IMG/VR virus record: IMGVR_UViG_3300046787_000408
Coordinates: 186,001 to 250,000 of that record
DNA: 64,000 nt
Reading direction: 5' to 3' (one strand)
The notes under the pieces are model-generated. The model saw nothing but the letters and a program-made list of their open reading frames with translations. It was not told the origin of the DNA and did not search any database. Both the position numbers and the translations under genes were made by a program. Shown here piece by piece: positions 8,723 to 20,354 of this stretch (within the stretch, counting starts at the first letter, position 1; the number at the start of each line of letters is the position of its first letter).

Positions 8723-9042
8723 TGAAACTAGATACAAGTGCCGTTACCAAGTTGAAAGATATCTTGGCAGAAGAAAACAACCCCAATGCAAAACTTCGTG
8801 TGTTTGTACAAGGTGGTGGCTGCTCAGGTTTTCAATATGGCTTTACTCTAGATGAAGCCAAGAACGAAGATGACTTTGACTTTAACTATGATCAAGTTAC
8901 TGTTCTAGTAGATGCCATGAGCATGCAGTATCTTGACAATGCTACAATACGTTGGGATGAATCTGACATGGGCTCAAGCTTTGTAATTGACAATCCACAG
9001 GCACAAAGCACTTGTGGATGTGGTAGTAGCTTTAGCGTATAA
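8722..9042 (+). CDS. erpA: A-type Fe-S carrier (HesB/ErpA/IscA)
   Basis: [17 protein letters not shown] ... [14 protein letters not shown]. Confidence 0.9.
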   Translation: MKLDTSAVTKLKDILAEENNPNAKLRVFVQGGGCSGFQYGFTLDEAKNEDDFDFNYDQVTVLVDAMSMQYLDNATIRWDESDMGSSFVIDNPQAQSTCGCGSSFSV

Positions 9043-9412
9043 TTGAATTGGCGGCTTGATTTCGACTTAGTTCAAGATCAAGGTATTCAGCTTCAGAAAG
9101 GCTTGTGGGCAACCCCAGAGCCTTTTGTCTTATGTGTCGCAGTACTTGCCAATCAGTGTTGTTCAGCAGGTGTTGGTGTGCTTTGTTTGATTGTTCTTGT
9201 GCTCGGGTGTTAATTACTGTGTTGCTATAAGGTAACACTGTTTTGGTAGGAATATCAAAATAGTGACTTCGACTGGTCAACAATGCATAGTCACTGTTGC
9301 TGATTTCTACGATTGACACTGTGTCAGGCACAGCAGGTTGATAATCAAGTACGTTGACCACACGGTCATCTTCAATACAAACATAATACATAATTGTCTT
9401 TGTTAATTCCAT
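9032..9412 (-). CDS. tail fibre assembly/chaperone-like protein (start may be 9391)
   Basis: Follows fibre gene; LNNTDWQV..R pattern typical of fibre chaperones. Confidence 0.6.
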   Translation of the reverse strand: MELTKTIMYYVCIEDDRVVNVLDYQPAVPDTVSIVEISNSDYALLTSRSHYFDIPTKTVLPYSNTVINTRAQEQSNKAHQHLLNNTDWQVLRHIRQKALGLPTSLSEAEYLDLELSRNQAANSIIR

Positions 9413-11367
9413 AATGCAATGTAGTTACCAGCTGGTATGGCTCGTTGTTCAGTATTTTGAACCCACACTCTAACACGATCTGCTAGCACTGACCATTGAG
9501 TTCTCATGCTGTCGTTGTTGTCAACAACGCCAGCAAAATACACTTTGCTCAAACTAGCCATGAATCCCGCAAGATTTGACATGGTTTTTCCTGATGGTGG
9601 GAATACGTCAAAGTAATTGGTAGTATCGTCAAAGCTATTGCTGTTTGAGTATCCTACGCATTGCACTGCACTAGCATAGGTAATCTGATACGTGGTGGCT
9701 GAGGCTGATAGTACTCCGCTACTGATGCTTAAACCTGATCCAACCTTGACGCCGCCTAGAGTGCTGGCGCTAGCAGTTGGTAGTACATATGTGGTTCCTG
9801 GCACACCCTGTGGCCCTTGTGGCCCAGTTAGTCCTTGTGGTCCAGTAGGACCGGTCGGTCCCACAGGCCCTTGATTTCCTGGAGTTCCTTGCGGACCTTG
9901 AGTGCCAGTAGGTCCGCGTTCGCCTGGCTCGCCTTGTGGACCTTGAGCACCTGTACTTGTAAATGTAAACACGTTACCAGATTGCAATACGCCAATACCA
10001 GCAAATGTAACTCCGCCAGTGACAGCAGCGTTGGGTCCTTGGATTCGAGTAAGACCAGTGTTGGTAATAGTAATGGTTGACGCAGTGGTAACAGGGTTTG
10101 TGCCTGTGATAGCAATAGCATTGCCTGCTTCAAAAGTGATGCTGGTTACTGTACCGCCAGCATCAGGAAACTGTTGAGATTGCCATGTAGACCCAGTGCT
10201 GATCAACACATTACCTGCGGCTCCCGGAGCTATGGTATTCAGCGGGCTGGTTCCGTTGCCCACTACCAGTGCGTTTGTGGCCAAGCTATTGACACCAGTG
10301 CCACCAAACACCACTGCCAACGGAGTAGTAAGTCCAGTCAATGATGTAATGTCAGAGTTGTTGCCTTGTGACGCAGCAAACAAATTGGTTCTGGCTCCAG
10401 CAATGGTATTTGCTCCTGTGCCGCCTGATGTTATAGCAATAGGGGTAATACCTGTAATAGTTCCGCCTGTTATGGTCACTGCGTCAGAGTTCTGAGATGC
10501 AATAGTGCCCACATTGGTAGTGGCACCTGTACCCAAGCCCAGGTTGGTTCTTGCACCCGCTGCGGTGTTTGCCCCAGTGCCGCCTAGCACAATAGGTAAT
10601 GTGGCGCTAGCAGCCAATGTACCACTGGTACTAACCACAACACCAGTAGTGGTATTGTTCAAGCTTAGAACGCCAATGTTGGCAATGTCGCCTCCAGTGA
10701 TAGACACTGCATTGGCATCTTGAGTAGCAATAGATCCTAACCCTAGATTCAGTCTTGCGCCTGGCGCAGTTGATGCTCCAGTACCTCCTGATGCCAGTGG
10801 AATAGGAGCACTGAGTCCTGATATTGTGCCACCTGTGATAGATACAGCATTGGAGTTTTGCTGGCTCATGGTGCCCAAACTGCCAGTGGCTGCTTGCACA
10901 AATTCTGTGGTTGCTATCTGTGTAGTGCTAGTTCCCAGGGCCGCAGTGGGTGCTCTAGGAGTGCCAGAAAATATAGGACTATTACTAACAAACGCTGTGG
11001 TAGCTAGTTGTGTGGTTGCTGTGCCCGATGCCGCGGTGGGCGCCACAGGAACACCAGTAAACACAGGACTGATTTTTTGAGCTTGCACATACGTTTCTGA
11101 CGCAAATCCTGCCCAGACGTTGGCAGTGTTGTATGCAGACATAGAGTCTGTTGCACTATTGTACCACAATTGCCCCAACACAGGTCTACTAGGAGCTGTG
11201 GGACTGGCAAAGTTTTCCAGCAAATATACCAAGTTTTCGTTTTGGTCAGTACCATAATTGGTTACGCCTTGCCCCACAAGTGCAAGGTTTGTGGCGCTGG
11301 TATTCACTGTGCCGTCAGGTACTACTGCAACGATGTTCCCGCGACTGTTGTTGATGATATAACTCAT
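9403..11367 (-). CDS. tail fibre protein with collagen-like segment
   Basis: [15 protein letters not shown] repeats, Gly-X-Y run, [17 protein letters not shown], distinct tip domain. Confidence 0.85.
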   Translation of the reverse strand: MSYIINNSRGNIVAVVPDGTVNTSATNLALVGQGVTNYGTDQNENLVYLLENFASPTAPSRPVLGQLWYNSATDSMSAYNTANVWAGFASETYVQAQKISPVFTGVPVAPTAASGTATTQLATTAFVSNSPIFSGTPRAPTAALGTSTTQIATTEFVQAATGSLGTMSQQNSNAVSITGGTISGLSAPIPLASGGTGASTAPGARLNLGLGSIATQDANAVSITGGDIANIGVLSLNNTTTGVVVSTSGTLAASATLPIVLGGTGANTAAGARTNLGLGTGATTNVGTIASQNSDAVTITGGTITGITPIAITSGGTGANTIAGARTNLFAASQGNNSDITSLTGLTTPLAVVFGGTGVNSLATNALVVGNGTSPLNTIAPGAAGNVLISTGSTWQSQQFPDAGGTVTSITFEAGNAIAITGTNPVTTASTITITNTGLTRIQGPNAAVTGGVTFAGIGVLQSGNVFTFTSTGAQGPQGEPGERGPTGTQGPQGTPGNQGPVGPTGPTGPQGLTGPQGPQGVPGTTYVLPTASASTLGGVKVGSGLSISSGVLSASATTYQITYASAVQCVGYSNSNSFDDTTNYFDVFPPSGKTMSNLAGFMASLSKVYFAGVVDNNDSMRTQWSVLADRVRVWVQNTEQRAIPAGNYIALWN

Positions 11368-11386
11368 TGATCACTCCGATTATGAA

Positions 11387-11436
11387 TATTTAGCCCAGAT
11401 CCAAGTGTGTGGCCTAGTCTAGGCTTTTGGTAAATA
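11387..11436. promoter_or_regulatory. divergent pair of TAAATA late-promoter motifs
   Basis: TATTTA 11387-11392 (minus) and TAAATA 11431-11436 (plus) between divergent structural genes; resembles T4 late TATAAATA core. Confidence 0.65.
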
Positions 11437-11457
11437 CAGCTAAGAGGACTCTAATTT

Positions 11458-14073
11458 ATGGTACAGCAAGTAATCAACATAGGAAACGTGGCCAACGATG
11501 GCGACGGCGATCCGTTACGCACTGCATTCGAAAAAACAAACGAAAATTTTACAGAATTGTTCAACATTGGCGGTATTACTGGCATTGCAAACGGTACCAG
11601 CAATATAAGTATTCTTGAAGATTCTACAATCAACATGAGCAGCGCCAACGTGGCCAACGTGATAATTGTGTCAGGAACTGGCGCAACTGTGCGAGGCACA
11701 ATGGCTGCAAACATCATAAGTGCATCTGGAAACGTGGTATCTAGTGGCTTGTTTGTGGGCAACGGTGCTTTGCTAACAGGTGTAACTTCTAGTGCGCCAG
11801 CTAATGCTATTATTGGTAATACTCTCAGTGCCAACGTGGTTAATTCAAGCTTGGAAACTGTTGGGGTATTGACCAGTGTAAGTGTAAGCGGAAACGTTGT
11901 TGGTGGCAACATTCGAACTGCTGGACAAATATCAGCCACCGGCAACATTTTTGGCAGTAATCTTGACGCAGACGGTGTAGTACGTGCTACTGGAAACATC
12001 ACAGGTGGCAACTTGGTCACCAGTGGGGATATTGTAGTAAGCGGTGCAGCATCTGTAGTTGGTAACATAAACGCTAGCTTTTTTGTAGGTAACGGGCGTC
12101 AGTTAACTGGTATCATTGTTAGTGCCGATGCTGCACTTATTTCAGGAACCACACTCAGCGCCAACGTAATCAACTCTAGTTTGCAAACTGTGGGTTCTCT
12201 CAACAGCTTGATAGTAAGCAATGCGTTGGGCGGCAGTGGCAATATTACCAGCAATAACATGTCAGCTCTGGCTGAAATATCAGCATTTGGCAATGTTACT
12301 GGCGGCAACTTGGTTACTGTAGGCAAGTTACAATCAGCCAGTATAGATACTGGTGACATAGTTGGAGGCAACTTGAGCTTGCCTGGCGGGGATATTGGAA
12401 CAGCCAACGTTACTGCAACTGCCCGAGTCCAAGGAGCAGTGCTAACAGCATCAGGTAATATCACTGGTGGCAACGTATACACTGCTGGGTTGATCAGTGC
12501 AGCAGGTAATATCACGGGCGGCAATTTGAATATCAACGGATTGGTCACCATTGGTAATCTTGACCTTGCTAACATGACTGCTGCGGGTAATGTATCCGCT
12601 GGCAACTTGACCACTGGTGGATTTGTTAGTGCTACAGGCAACATCACTGGTGGTAACATCAACTCTGGTGGGTTGGTCAGTGTTACCGGTGCAGTCACAT
12701 CAGGGGGCAACGTTACTGGTGCCAATATCATTACTGGTGGGCTGATTACGGCTACTGGAAACATCACAGGTGGCAACATTGCTACAGCTGGTTTGATCAC
12801 TGTTACAGGAACAGTAACTGGAGGCAACTTGCTCACTGCTGGCTCACTCAGTGCTGGGGGCAACGCAATCATTGGCGGCAACTTGACAGTCAATGGCGAC
12901 TTGGTTTACAACAACGTAACTACCCTAGCCATTGAAGACCCTGTTGTGGGAATTGGCCGCGGTGCCAACAACGCTCCGTTAACCAGTAATGATGGCAAAG
13001 ACCGAGGTATTGAGCTTTGGTACTACAGCGGCAGTGAAAGCTCTGCTTTTGTTGGATACGATAACTCTGCAGGCAAATTGATTGCTGCCACTTCAGTTAG
13101 TATCACAAACGAGTTGGTCACAGTTAATTCTTACGGCAACATGATTGTGGGCGGGCTTGAGTCAACTACTGTTAGTGCATCAGGCAATATAACTAGTGGT
13201 AATTTGGTCACAGGCGGAGTTGTAAGCGCAAGTGGCAATATCTCTGGTGGCAACATAAATGCAACTGGACTGAGTCTTAGCGGAAACGTAGTATCTGCGT
13301 TCTCTGTCACTAGTAACATCACAGGTGGTAACATCACCACTCCTGGTAGAGTTAGTGCTACTGGTAATTTAATTGGCAGCAGTATCAATACTGGCGATAT
13401 CAGCTTGACTGGCAATGTAATCACAGCGCTTAATGTTAGCGGCAATATCACAGGACCAAACTTGTTCAGTACTGGCATACTCAGTGCTACAGGAAACATC
13501 ACAGGTGGCAACGTTAGTGCTACTGAATACACTGGTGTCACTTCTAGTGTAAGCGGCAACGTCACAGGCGGTAACATTGTTACTGTGGGTGTTGTAACTT
13601 CAGTTGGCACAGTTACTGGCGGTAATTTGGTCACTGGTGGATTTGTTAGTGCCACAGGAAACATCACAGGTGGCAACGTTAACACTGGTGCTATCAGCTT
13701 GAGCGGCAATATTATTTCAGCGCTTAACGTAACTGGCAACGTAACTGGCGGCAACATTACTACCCCTGGTAGAGTTAGTGCTACTGGTAACCTAGTAGGC
13801 GGAAACTTACAAGCTGCTGGCCTAAGCCTGTCAGGCAACGTAGTTTCAGCACTGAATGTTACTGGCAACGTAACTGGTGGCAACGTTATTGCACCTGGAC
13901 AAATCAGTGCTACTGGTAACGTAAATGGTGGCAACGTTAACGTAACTACAGGCATGTTGACTCTGGCATCTCTTGCAGCAGATCCTGGCGGTGTGCCAGT
14001 TGGATCTATATACTATAATACCAGTCTTGGTCGCATCAGAGGCTTGCAAGCATCTGGTTGGACTAGTCTATAA
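11458..14073 (+). CDS. repetitive virion fibre/baseplate-attached protein
   Basis: N-term NDGDGDPLRTAFEKTNENFTEL (T4 gp9/gp10-like anchor); many (S/T)ATGNITGGN repeats. Confidence 0.85.
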   Translation: MVQQVINIGNVANDGDGDPLRTAFEKTNENFTELFNIGGITGIANGTSNISILEDSTINMSSANVANVIIVSGTGATVRGTMAANIISASGNVVSSGLFVGNGALLTGVTSSAPANAIIGNTLSANVVNSSLETVGVLTSVSVSGNVVGGNIRTAGQISATGNIFGSNLDADGVVRATGNITGGNLVTSGDIVVSGAASVVGNINASFFVGNGRQLTGIIVSADAALISGTTLSANVINSSLQTVGSLNSLIVSNALGGSGNITSNNMSALAEISAFGNVTGGNLVTVGKLQSASIDTGDIVGGNLSLPGGDIGTANVTATARVQGAVLTASGNITGGNVYTAGLISAAGNITGGNLNINGLVTIGNLDLANMTAAGNVSAGNLTTGGFVSATGNITGGNINSGGLVSVTGAVTSGGNVTGANIITGGLITATGNITGGNIATAGLITVTGTVTGGNLLTAGSLSAGGNAIIGGNLTVNGDLVYNNVTTLAIEDPVVGIGRGANNAPLTSNDGKDRGIELWYYSGSESSAFVGYDNSAGKLIAATSVSITNELVTVNSYGNMIVGGLESTTVSASGNITSGNLVTGGVVSASGNISGGNINATGLSLSGNVVSAFSVTSNITGGNITTPGRVSATGNLIGSSINTGDISLTGNVITALNVSGNITGPNLFSTGILSATGNITGGNVSATEYTGVTSSVSGNVTGGNIVTVGVVTSVGTVTGGNLVTGGFVSATGNITGGNVNTGAISLSGNIISALNVTGNVTGGNITTPGRVSATGNLVGGNLQAAGLSLSGNVVSALNVTGNVTGGNVIAPGQISATGNVNGGNVNVTTGMLTLASLAADPGGVPVGSIYYNTSLGRIRGLQASGWTSL

Positions 14074-14085
14074 GGTTCAAAGAAC

Positions 14086-17000
14086 ATGGCACAACCTGTT
14101 TGGCAAACTGCTTCTGGCAGCTTAGGCGTTATACCTGAAGGGGTATTTTTTCAACAGACACTAACTGCAACTGATGCAGATCTTGGTCCTGTTACCTACA
14201 CAGTGATTGCAGGTTCTTTGCCAGCTGGCGTACAATGTACTACTTCAGGACAAATTGTTGGAGTTCCTACTGCTACTGCAAGTTTACAAGGTGTACCAAC
14301 ATCTGTAAACCAAGACGTTACTAGCAAATTTGTAGTACGTGCAACTGCTTCTGGGCGTATTGCAGACAGAACTTTCACACTAACTATAACAGGCAATGAT
14401 ATTCCATTGTTTATTACCCCTGCTGGCAGCATTGGCACATTCTACGACGGCGACGAAGTCAGCATTCAGATTCAATACACTGACGACGATCCTGACGACA
14501 CCATAGTGGTAAGTCTAGCATCAGGGCTATTACCTCCTGGACTCACAATCAGTTCCACTGGCGCAATTTCTGGTTATATTCGCCCCGCTACCCCCTTGGA
14601 TCAAACTCCAGGGTTTGACGAAACTGCGGCTGACGCTGAGCCATATGACTTTGTGGTAGATTTTGTCAGCAGAAACTATCAATTTACTCTAGAAGTCAGC
14701 GATGGCAAAAGTCGCGACCTACGGCAGTTTACTATATTTGTGTATTCCCGTAATGAAATCACAGCAGATACTACCCAAATCACTGCTGACAATGATTTTG
14801 TAACTGCTGACGAAACCAACAATCGTGCGCCGTTCTTGACCAATGCTGTGCCCAGTGATTTGGGTCGAGTGCGCAGTGACAACTATTTCTCCTATCAGTT
14901 TGTTGGTGACGACTACGACACTGAAGATATTTCATATGCCATCAGTGTCAATACTGGATTTGGACTGCCACCTGGACTAGAACTAGATCCTGCCACTGGT
15001 TGGTTGTACGGCGTACTGCCAGACCAAGGAACTACTGAAGTTGAATACAGTTTCAACATCACAGTGTATCAGACACAGCCAGTAGAGTCATCTGTGGAAT
15101 GTACTGCAACCACAGCTGGCACCAACAGAATAACATGTACCAGTACCACTTCGCTTGGGGTAGGCGAACCGCTAAAGTTTTCAGGTACTGCACTTGGTGG
15201 CATCAGTCTAGCTGACAACACCTTGTACTATGTGCTGAGCATAGTTGACCAGTATAGATTTACTATTGCTGCTAGCCCAACCTCTACGGTGCCAGTAACA
15301 TTAACAACCAGTTCAGGGTCAATGACTGCTAGTCCAGTAATTGCTAGTCGTCCTTATCCTTTCTCGCTGACCATTGTGGGAGCTATTGATAGTGAAATCA
15401 CTTGGCTTACTGACAGCAACCTTGGTACTATTGTCAACGGTTCCACAAGTCTGCTGCGAGTAGATGCTGTGAACCGAGGAGGTCGAGAATTACAATATCG
15501 CTTGGCATCAGGTGAGTTCAATAGTTTACCACAAGGTCTTGAATTGCTACCATCTGGAGACATTGCTGGCCGTGTAACGTTTAACACTTTTGCTATTGAC
15601 CTTGGTGATACTACATTTGATTCCAACCAGACTATATGGGATAGCGAATTTGATTTTGTGGTCAATGCTTATGCTCCAGACACACAACAATTGCTTTACA
15701 ACGTTTCAGAAATTTTGATTACTGACGGTGGCAGTGGGTATAACGATCTAAGTCCTCCTACAATTGTGTTTGAAACACCAATTGGCGCTAGTGCTGTGCA
15801 GGCCTTGGTCGGAAACGTTACTATTGTTGATGGTGCAATCACTGCGGTACAAGTCAGCAACAGCGGAGCTGGGTACACTGGACCTGCCAATATTACTATC
15901 ACAGAAGGCTTTGGCGGATCTGGTGCAGTATTGACACCGGTTATGCAAGTTACTGGCACTAGAGACGTTGTTAGTGTGTTCAAGTCATTCACGCTCAAAG
16001 TGATCCGAGAATACAATGCGCCTTATCAGAATCTATATGTGCAGGCTATGCCACCCGAAGCTGACCGTGCCTTGATTGCAACATTGCTAGACAATCCAAA
16101 CATCTTTGTACCAGACTATCTGTACAGACCTACTGATCCCAACTTTGGTCTTAGCACTAGAGTCACATATCAACATGCTTTTGGTCTTGCACCTGATGCA
16201 CTAGAAGTCTATGTCGAAAGTTTGTATTTCAATCACTACTGGAAGAACTTGGTTCTGGGGTCTATTGAAACTGCTGTGGCTCGTGATGCCAATGACAATA
16301 TTGTGTATGAAGTAGTATACAGCAAGATTATTGATAACTTGGTAAATGATGCTGGACAAAGTGTGAGCAAAATTGTAACACTGCCATATGCTATCATTGA
16401 TCCTGCTGATGGCAGCTCAGAAATACGCGAAGTATACCCCAACAGCTTGATCAACATGCGTGACCAAGTTATTGATACTGTGGGACAAATTTCTCCTGGA
16501 TTGCCTTTGTGGATGACGTCAAAACAAATTGACGGCAGAGTGCTGGGCTTTACTCCAGCATGGGTAATTGCTTATGTCAAGCCTGGACGTGGACGACAAA
16601 TTGCATATTACTTGCAGACACAATTTGGCGAACAACTAAACAAAGTAGACTTCAAGGTTGATCGATATATTCTTGATCGTTCCTTGAGTTTGAACTGGGA
16701 CACTGCCACACAAGACTGGACTCCTGAACCCAGTCTCACCACATTTGATAGATTTGATACATCAGGGTATGAATTCTATGGCAACGTTAGTATTGCGACC
16801 AACCTAGCTTATAGTGACGTTAACGAACGCACCCTAGACTACATCAATTCTCTTGGAGGCCTTGATGGTGAAATTTCACAAGTCAATGGTGACACTATAG
16901 TATTTGTCAAGCAGGAAGATTACACTATACCTGGCGGAAGCTCTTATTCTACAGTGGATGCTGCCTGGCAAGAATACGTGACTGTGTATGATGTTCCTGA

Positions 17001-17856
17001 AGAATATGACCTTGACGGGTTTGAATACGACGAAAGCTATACTGTGTCAGGTGGAGAAGAGATTGAATGTATTGAAACAGATGCAGCAACAAATCGTGTG
17101 ACTTATGTTAACACCACTGGTGCAATAAAGGTCTATCCTAACTTGCCTATCACACTATCTACTCCTATTGGAGGGCTCAGTGCTGGATTACATGTTGTGT
17201 TAACTACTCCTAGTACCACCACATTTACTCTAGCTCGTGCTGCCACTGTTACCGCAGTTGAGGGTAGTACAGATTTGATTACTATCAGTAGCGGCACAGG
17301 GTTTTCAGTAGGTTCGGCAGTGACGTTCTATCCCACAACATTTGGTAGTCTGGTTGCTGGAACTACCTATTACATTCTTACTATCAACGCAATTACAGGT
17401 GGCGCACAAATCACTGTGTCCTTGACCCCAGGTGGCCCTAGAGAAACACTAAGCTCTGGCACCGGTACCTGCATCATGCGTGGCACTACTCTGGCATTGT
17501 CTAATGACACCGGCTCCATGAGTGCTATCACTTATAACGAACGTTTAGCAGTGTATCAGATCACAGTGGACCCAATAAGTACAGTGGTTAGATTAAACGT
17601 TGTTGGACAAACTGCCGCTGGCGACTTTGTACAAGTAACCCGTGGTAGTAGATATCGTAGTGCGCAGTTGTACGTGCCCAATTCTCCAGGTCCTGAACTG
17701 ACCAGGATCAGCTGGCTACCATTGACCACTGTGGTCACAGAAGAAACAACGTTTGATCAAGGCAGCGTTGAATTTATCGAACCAGTGGATATGTACAATC
17801 CTGGTGAAATCAACGATAAATATCTGGTATTTCCCAGAACCAATATATTGGTCTAA
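14086..17856 (+). CDS. large baseplate/virion structural protein with Ig-like repeats
   Basis: Repeated G.LP.GL.L...G.I.G.P Ig-like motifs; 1256 aa. Confidence 0.8.
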   Translation: MAQPVWQTASGSLGVIPEGVFFQQTLTATDADLGPVTYTVIAGSLPAGVQCTTSGQIVGVPTATASLQGVPTSVNQDVTSKFVVRATASGRIADRTFTLTITGNDIPLFITPAGSIGTFYDGDEVSIQIQYTDDDPDDTIVVSLASGLLPPGLTISSTGAISGYIRPATPLDQTPGFDETAADAEPYDFVVDFVSRNYQFTLEVSDGKSRDLRQFTIFVYSRNEITADTTQITADNDFVTADETNNRAPFLTNAVPSDLGRVRSDNYFSYQFVGDDYDTEDISYAISVNTGFGLPPGLELDPATGWLYGVLPDQGTTEVEYSFNITVYQTQPVESSVECTATTAGTNRITCTSTTSLGVGEPLKFSGTALGGISLADNTLYYVLSIVDQYRFTIAASPTSTVPVTLTTSSGSMTASPVIASRPYPFSLTIVGAIDSEITWLTDSNLGTIVNGSTSLLRVDAVNRGGRELQYRLASGEFNSLPQGLELLPSGDIAGRVTFNTFAIDLGDTTFDSNQTIWDSEFDFVVNAYAPDTQQLLYNVSEILITDGGSGYNDLSPPTIVFETPIGASAVQALVGNVTIVDGAITAVQVSNSGAGYTGPANITITEGFGGSGAVLTPVMQVTGTRDVVSVFKSFTLKVIREYNAPYQNLYVQAMPPEADRALIATLLDNPNIFVPDYLYRPTDPNFGLSTRVTYQHAFGLAPDALEVYVESLYFNHYWKNLVLGSIETAVARDANDNIVYEVVYSKIIDNLVNDAGQSVSKIVTLPYAIIDPADGSSEIREVYPNSLINMRDQVIDTVGQISPGLPLWMTSKQIDGRVLGFTPAWVIAYVKPGRGRQIAYYLQTQFGEQLNKVDFKVDRYILDRSLSLNWDTATQDWTPEPSLTTFDRFDTSGYEFYGNVSIATNLAYSDVNERTLDYINSLGGLDGEISQVNGDTIVFVKQEDYTIPGGSSYSTVDAAWQEYVTVYDVPEEYDLDGFEYDESYTVSGGEEIECIETDAATNRVTYVNTTGAIKVYPNLPITLSTPIGGLSAGLHVVLTTPSTTTFTLARAATVTAVEGSTDLITISSGTGFSVGSAVTFYPTTFGSLVAGTTYYILTINAITGGAQITVSLTPGGPRETLSSGTGTCIMRGTTLALSNDTGSMSAITYNERLAVYQITVDPISTVVRLNVVGQTAAGDFVQVTRGSRYRSAQLYVPNSPGPELTRISWLPLTTVVTEETTFDQGSVEFIEPVDMYNPGEINDKYLVFPRTNILV

Positions 17857-17869
17857 TTAGGACTCATTA

Positions 17870-18763
17870 ATGACAAGTGCAATCAACCCCAACAACATCA
17901 ACGGCGAATACCCAGTGGCCGGACAAGACAACAACACACAGGGGTTTCGTGATAACTTTACCAACATCAAGGTAAACTTTCAGTACGCCGAAACCGAAAT
18001 TACCAACTTGCAGGCCAACTCTATTTCAAAGGTCAGTACGTCTATAAATGAGTTTAATGACAGCGTGGTGTATGGTGCCAGACTACAAAATACTGGGTAC
18101 ATTCAATTAAATCGTGGTAATGTAGCCCCTGTGGCCAACATCAACTATGCTGCTGGTTCATTCCAAACCATCACTGCCAATGCTGCTACAACCCTGAATT
18201 TTACCAATCTTCCTGCCGCAGGTAACACCGCAGTAATAACTCTAGCAATCAATGCTGTGGCAGCAAATACCACATCTGATCCTTACAACTTGGTGGTTCC
18301 TAACGTGAACTTGTCAAGTTCAGGAATAGTGGGTTACAGCAGTGGTAACTTGTATTTCCCAAGAACCAATTCCACAGTTGCTGGCACACATACCTATCAG
18401 TTTGTGACTGACGACAATGGCAGTTCGTTTACAGTGACTCCATTAGCTACCTTGGCATCACCATTGAATGCCAGCTCAGAAGATGTAGCCAACGTGGGTG
18501 TGGTTAATCTAGGTGTAAGCGACAGCTACTTTAGCACTTCTGCAGCAGAAGTTGCTACCTTGCCAGCAGGAGTTAATGGACAAGTCAAGGTTCTTGCTAT
18601 GTTGGCTGATGGCGGAGACATGGTAATCACTGTGACCAATGCAGGATGGAAAACTTCAGGTACTGGCACCGTAACGTTTGATACCATTGGCGATGCTTGT
18701 ACTCTCAAATACATCAACTCAAAATGGTTCTGTATTGGCAACAACGGTTGCACATTCGCATAA
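17870..18763 (+). CDS. virion structural/fibre protein
   Basis: N-term YPVAGQDNNTQGFRDNFTNIK shared with next gene. Confidence 0.8.
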   Translation: MTSAINPNNINGEYPVAGQDNNTQGFRDNFTNIKVNFQYAETEITNLQANSISKVSTSINEFNDSVVYGARLQNTGYIQLNRGNVAPVANINYAAGSFQTITANAATTLNFTNLPAAGNTAVITLAINAVAANTTSDPYNLVVPNVNLSSSGIVGYSSGNLYFPRTNSTVAGTHTYQFVTDDNGSSFTVTPLATLASPLNASSEDVANVGVVNLGVSDSYFSTSAAEVATLPAGVNGQVKVLAMLADGGDMVITVTNAGWKTSGTGTVTFDTIGDACTLKYINSKWFCIGNNGCTFA

Positions 18764-18778
18764 ACACAAGGACAATAG

Positions 18779-20308
18779 ATGACAAGTGCAATTAACCCTA
18801 ACAACATTGACGGTGCATATCCCGTAACTGGCCAAGACAACAACAGTCAAGGCTTTCGTGATAACTTTACCAACATCAAGGTAAACTTTCAAGACGCAGC
18901 CGCTGAAATTACTGACTTACAAAACAAGGTGTTGCTAAAAGCACCTTTGACTGGCTCTAACGTATCCTTGAGCATCAGCAATGACATGAACGGTACTGCG
19001 CCAATTATTGGTGCATTGATCAGAAACTTTGGCGCTAATCGAGTTGGCGTTTCTGCCACTAGCGGTGCTATTGCTATCAACTACACACAAGGTCATTATC
19101 AAAGTATTACTACTAGTGGAAGCATTACACTGAGTTTTACTAACTTTCCAGCGTCGGGCACATACGGATATATCAAGTTACAAATCAACATTACCAACAC
19201 TGCACACACTGTAACGCTACCAGCTGCGGTCACACTGGGGCTTGCTGGTCTGCAAGGTTACAGCGGCAATACCATAAGTTTTGGTGCCACAGGTGTGTAT
19301 GAGTTTGCGTTTGGTACATACGACAGCGGTACAACTATTACAATTTTTGACCTAAACCGTGCGTTAACAAACTTCACAGCAGCTGATTTGCAAGTAGATG
19401 ACGTTACTGCTACAGGTAACGTTGTTGCTGGTTTTGGCGGTGTGGGTTATGTCAGTGCTACTGGTAACGTTCTAGCTGGGCAACAGATCATTGCGTCAGG
19501 CAATGTGGTTGGTAGCAACATTATCACAGCTGGCATTGTAAGCTCTACAGGCAACGTAGCTGGCGGCAATATTACCACCAATGGTACTGTTAGTGCGGTA
19601 GGCAACGTTAACTCTAACTTTTCAAATTCTCGAGTTAGACCCACTGCTGGTACTGGATCTATTGCTGCACTGCAATTCACAGCAGGTGATGTTCTAACTA
19701 CTCCAGCCGCTGGTGCGTTTGAATATGACGGGGTATCTTTTTACGCCGCTGCAACTGCAAACCAACGTGCCTTGGTGCCGGGCTTGCAGTTTGTTATGAC
19801 ACCTGGCCTAACTCCGTATACACTGACTCAAAACACAACAGCACAAAAAATATTTGGTAGCCCTTCTAATGGTACTGTTACCCTGGATGCCAGTACTACC
19901 TACATGTTTGAAGCTATGTACACTATCTCTAATACTGCTACCCCTAGTGCAGCCCATTCTGTAAGTTTGTTGTTTGCGCTGGGCGGAAGCATTTCAAGTA
20001 TCAGTTACGCCGCTGACGTAACCACCAGTTCAGGTGCTCCATCAGCAGGTGCAACCAGCTTGACCAGAACATTTTCAACATCAGTAGGCGCCACACAAAT
20101 CACGCCATCTGGTACTACTACCAATTCGGAATTTATTACTGTGCGACTGCAAGGTGTTGTGAGAACCAACGCTGCTGGAACATTCACTCCACAGATCAGA
20201 TACAACACCAACGCACCCGGTGGTAACAGTACTGTGCAGGGCAATAGCTATTTCAAGCTAATTCCTGTGGGCACCAGTTCGGTTATTTCTGTAGGCAACT
20301 GGAATTGA
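18779..20308 (+). CDS. virion structural/fibre protein (paralog of previous)
   Basis: Same N-terminal anchor; ATGNV repeats; distinct C-terminus. Confidence 0.8.
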   Translation: MTSAINPNNIDGAYPVTGQDNNSQGFRDNFTNIKVNFQDAAAEITDLQNKVLLKAPLTGSNVSLSISNDMNGTAPIIGALIRNFGANRVGVSATSGAIAINYTQGHYQSITTSGSITLSFTNFPASGTYGYIKLQINITNTAHTVTLPAAVTLGLAGLQGYSGNTISFGATGVYEFAFGTYDSGTTITIFDLNRALTNFTAADLQVDDVTATGNVVAGFGGVGYVSATGNVLAGQQIIASGNVVGSNIITAGIVSSTGNVAGGNITTNGTVSAVGNVNSNFSNSRVRPTAGTGSIAALQFTAGDVLTTPAAGAFEYDGVSFYAAATANQRALVPGLQFVMTPGLTPYTLTQNTTAQKIFGSPSNGTVTLDASTTYMFEAMYTISNTATPSAAHSVSLLFALGGSISSISYAADVTTSSGAPSAGATSLTRTFSTSVGATQITPSGTTTNSEFITVRLQGVVRTNAAGTFTPQIRYNTNAPGGNSTVQGNSYFKLIPVGTSSVISVGNWN

Positions 20309-20318
20309 ACCAAACCTG

Positions 20319-20348
20319 TTGACTTCTTGACCTTGTCTGTATTATAAT
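20319..20348 (+). promoter_or_regulatory. sigma70-type promoter
   Basis: TTGACT-18-TATAAT. Confidence 0.65.
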
Positions 20349-20354
20349 TGCAGC

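Noticed and set aside
9032-11367. Invertible tail-fibre segment or DGR target
   Set aside because: The opposite orientation is explained by its own late-promoter motif; no flanking inverted repeats, invertase, reverse transcriptase or TR/VR pair seen.
11451-13955. Long antisense ORFs (205-274 aa) opposite the fibre gene, and similar shadows elsewhere (e.g. 60251-60883, 45846-46439)
   Set aside because: Artefacts of repetitive, codon-biased sense genes; no SD or motifs.
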